Part shown: piece after piece, positions 63,601 through 64,000 of the stretch
Position numbering within the stretch: position 1 is the first letter of the stretch
How the letters are laid out: each line of letters begins with the position of its first letter
DNA from: Victivallales bacterium
GTDB lineage: Bacteria > Verrucomicrobiota > Lentisphaeria > Oligosphaerales > Oligosphaeraceae
Length of the DNA stretch: 64,000 bases
Direction: 5' to 3'
Assembly: GCA_017548425.1 (NCBI GenBank)
Contig: JAFZAB010000167.1
Coordinates: 2,202-66,201, forward strand
Program-made: the position numbers and the translations under genes
The notes under the pieces: generated by a model
What the model was told of the DNA's origin: nothing
The model's database searches: none
What the model saw: only the letters and a program-made list of their open reading frames with translations

Positions 63601-64000
63601 TCATCAACGAATGGAAGCTCAACAAACTTCCGAAATCCGCCCAAGCTCTCGTCTGGCCGCTCGCCTATGGTGCGAAGGATGAGACATTTGCGCAAATCGC
63701 CAGTTTCGTCGCAAACGGCGGTCGTCTTCTTATGACGGGCGATCCGCGTTTCGGTTGGTCACGTCAGCCAGACCGTCTAGATCGTCTGGCGAAGCTCGGC
63801 CTGAAGGCCGATTTCACGCCAATCGGACTGCCGGATGCCAAGGCATTCATGGCCAACATTCTGTCGGAAAACAAATCCGTCCTCTGGCAGCCAGCGGCGG
63901 CGGAAATGCTTGACCGCAAGCAACTTCGCGTTCTCTATCAGGACTTTCTCGATAACGTCTCAGGCCTGCAGCGCATCCGTCTGAACATAGATAATGGGTC
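60663..64000 (+). CDS. Secreted multidomain clan GH-A (GH5/GH42-like) glycoside hydrolase, 3' end beyond the window
   Basis: Absent from the ORF track because the frame is open to the window end. No other + ORF in the track shares its frame. TAG stop and AGGAG box lie just upstream, and there is a signal peptide (MTRPMLLITMLSLSL). TIM-barrel motifs LNFLRILHF, FYDIQNEPT (acid/base NEP) and SLGEMG are present. Two flavodoxin/GH42M-like segments occur (IAIYSD...LLILPN...GGY and LFIVIPD...LVWPL...GGRLLMTGD). Confidence 0.6.
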   Translation, partial: MTRPMLLITMLSLSLTAQPLPLLTPEMWAPHEDGGNAPSYQKLDDDSVRFSFNTQNGKYGWGNIRLSPLTLPPKSTGLSFEVFVEEAADNAVMHVWLFEKDKDAWLSRVNFMDGKGLSEVKNTWRKANLPFASFRFEPRGAKNRNFMSVEYMLFGFNFGNQTVRVRNLAFTGEEVESITQKPSLSQDWKHEDPVGQRIAIYSDESVEKLPSHADAQRLANLLKVKGFHPQIMTSGDLSSPKFLSKQAIDLLILPNAPFFPLNAVQNFRKFLKDKGSFMSIGGYPLDRPGVPSKDGWATVDSGVTADKVGTGESIDARLNTRYGTHGDTMQLQPDQIGLCDPSFLLLRTRSLRPAPKQKWFNASWSFGEKRQEDGSVEGPAAVAMTGSNSPVFPNVHARYIPLIQSLDFWRRNRGPAAAAVLNHAGPYNGSNWAMFTPTNRNLFDGSQPVLDELFVDLCRKLLAPTYLINTSSDKPCARRGDAVTFTVSGINATGHPLRVRFIIDDKEFATATADSDRFQVSANWNVPQDDHQSFHTFTAELLDGEMAIDMLENGISVWSQDALSKGLKFELKDNYFNLNGQPTFFIGANTTGMMWYSANENPLVWKEDFAAMQDYGLNFLRILHFSPFAHLPVNFRWNSQALLEQPPYTQYQTDAIVQLAQEHQIMPFLSLHDWIGLDLSQSDLDAQKTWNKFWVNRYKDVPGMFYDIQNEPTTGLGNTEALMPLFKEFLAKQYGSVENAQQAWKESGADTELTLSAKAKNWQDLRARDIELFRSAVFTRWVRENQEGIKAGNPKALATVGHLQTLTSCDKFDGADEQDFVNVHHYGALTNMRSVIKMMDRRFDGKSISLGEMGSAIAHSARNSGQWGDTAEASIRHYLAVGHCSLGMGVSFMGCWSWKDFQDCVFPWGINHADLTAKPVLEAYRNMALLFRNAHVRYESPSLFIVIPDGIRSGYATPQIHENLRVAIDTLLTLNVPFGVINEWKLNKLPKSAQALVWPLAYGAKDETFAQIASFVANGGRLLMTGDPRFGWSRQPDRLDRLAKLGLKADFTPIGLPDAKAFMANILSENKSVLWQPAAAEMLDRKQLRVLYQDFLDNVSGLQRIRLNIDNG

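Overview
This 64-kb window comes from a diderm (Gram-negative) bacterium and is mostly housekeeping DNA. Hand counts on sample lines give about 50-58% GC. Housekeeping content includes adk-map-infA, rpmJ-rpsM-rpsK-rpoA-rplQ, rplM-rpsI, bamA, an LptF/G-type permease, lepA-lepB, argD, fabI, nadE, recJ, ilvB, comM, an RND efflux pair and an M16C peptidase. Gene order (no rpsD between rpsK and rpoA) and a roughly 730-aa GreA homologue suggest a PVC-like lineage, but this is inference only. I found no rRNA, tRNA, CRISPR array, transposase or integrase. Two long genes are missing from the ORF track because they run off the window edges: a PD40-repeat protein (1-1347, minus strand) and a multidomain glycoside hydrolase (60663-64000, plus strand). 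There are four main accessory or unusual regions. (1) A visibly low-GC three-gene island (about 51926-55340) encodes a divergent QueC/PP-loop-like protein, a sugar-transfer-type ATP-grasp ligase and a CapA/PGA_cap metallophosphoesterase. A host-GC fragment homologous to the N-terminus of the first island gene sits just before it, which looks like a cassette-replacement scar. I do not recognise this trio as a described system, and it is my top candidate. (2) A terminator-bounded surface operon (9752->1466, minus strand) encodes a secreted protein with two dockerin/EF-hand loops, a 1885-aa repeat adhesin and a small outer-membrane beta-barrel. (3) A sigma-54 activator with a degenerate receiver domain appears co-transcribed with a lipoprotein and the long GreA-like factor. 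(4) Several intergenic gaps carry 7-9-nt microsatellites and GC-rich bistable hairpin elements. All functional calls rest on motifs read by eye; no database search was run.
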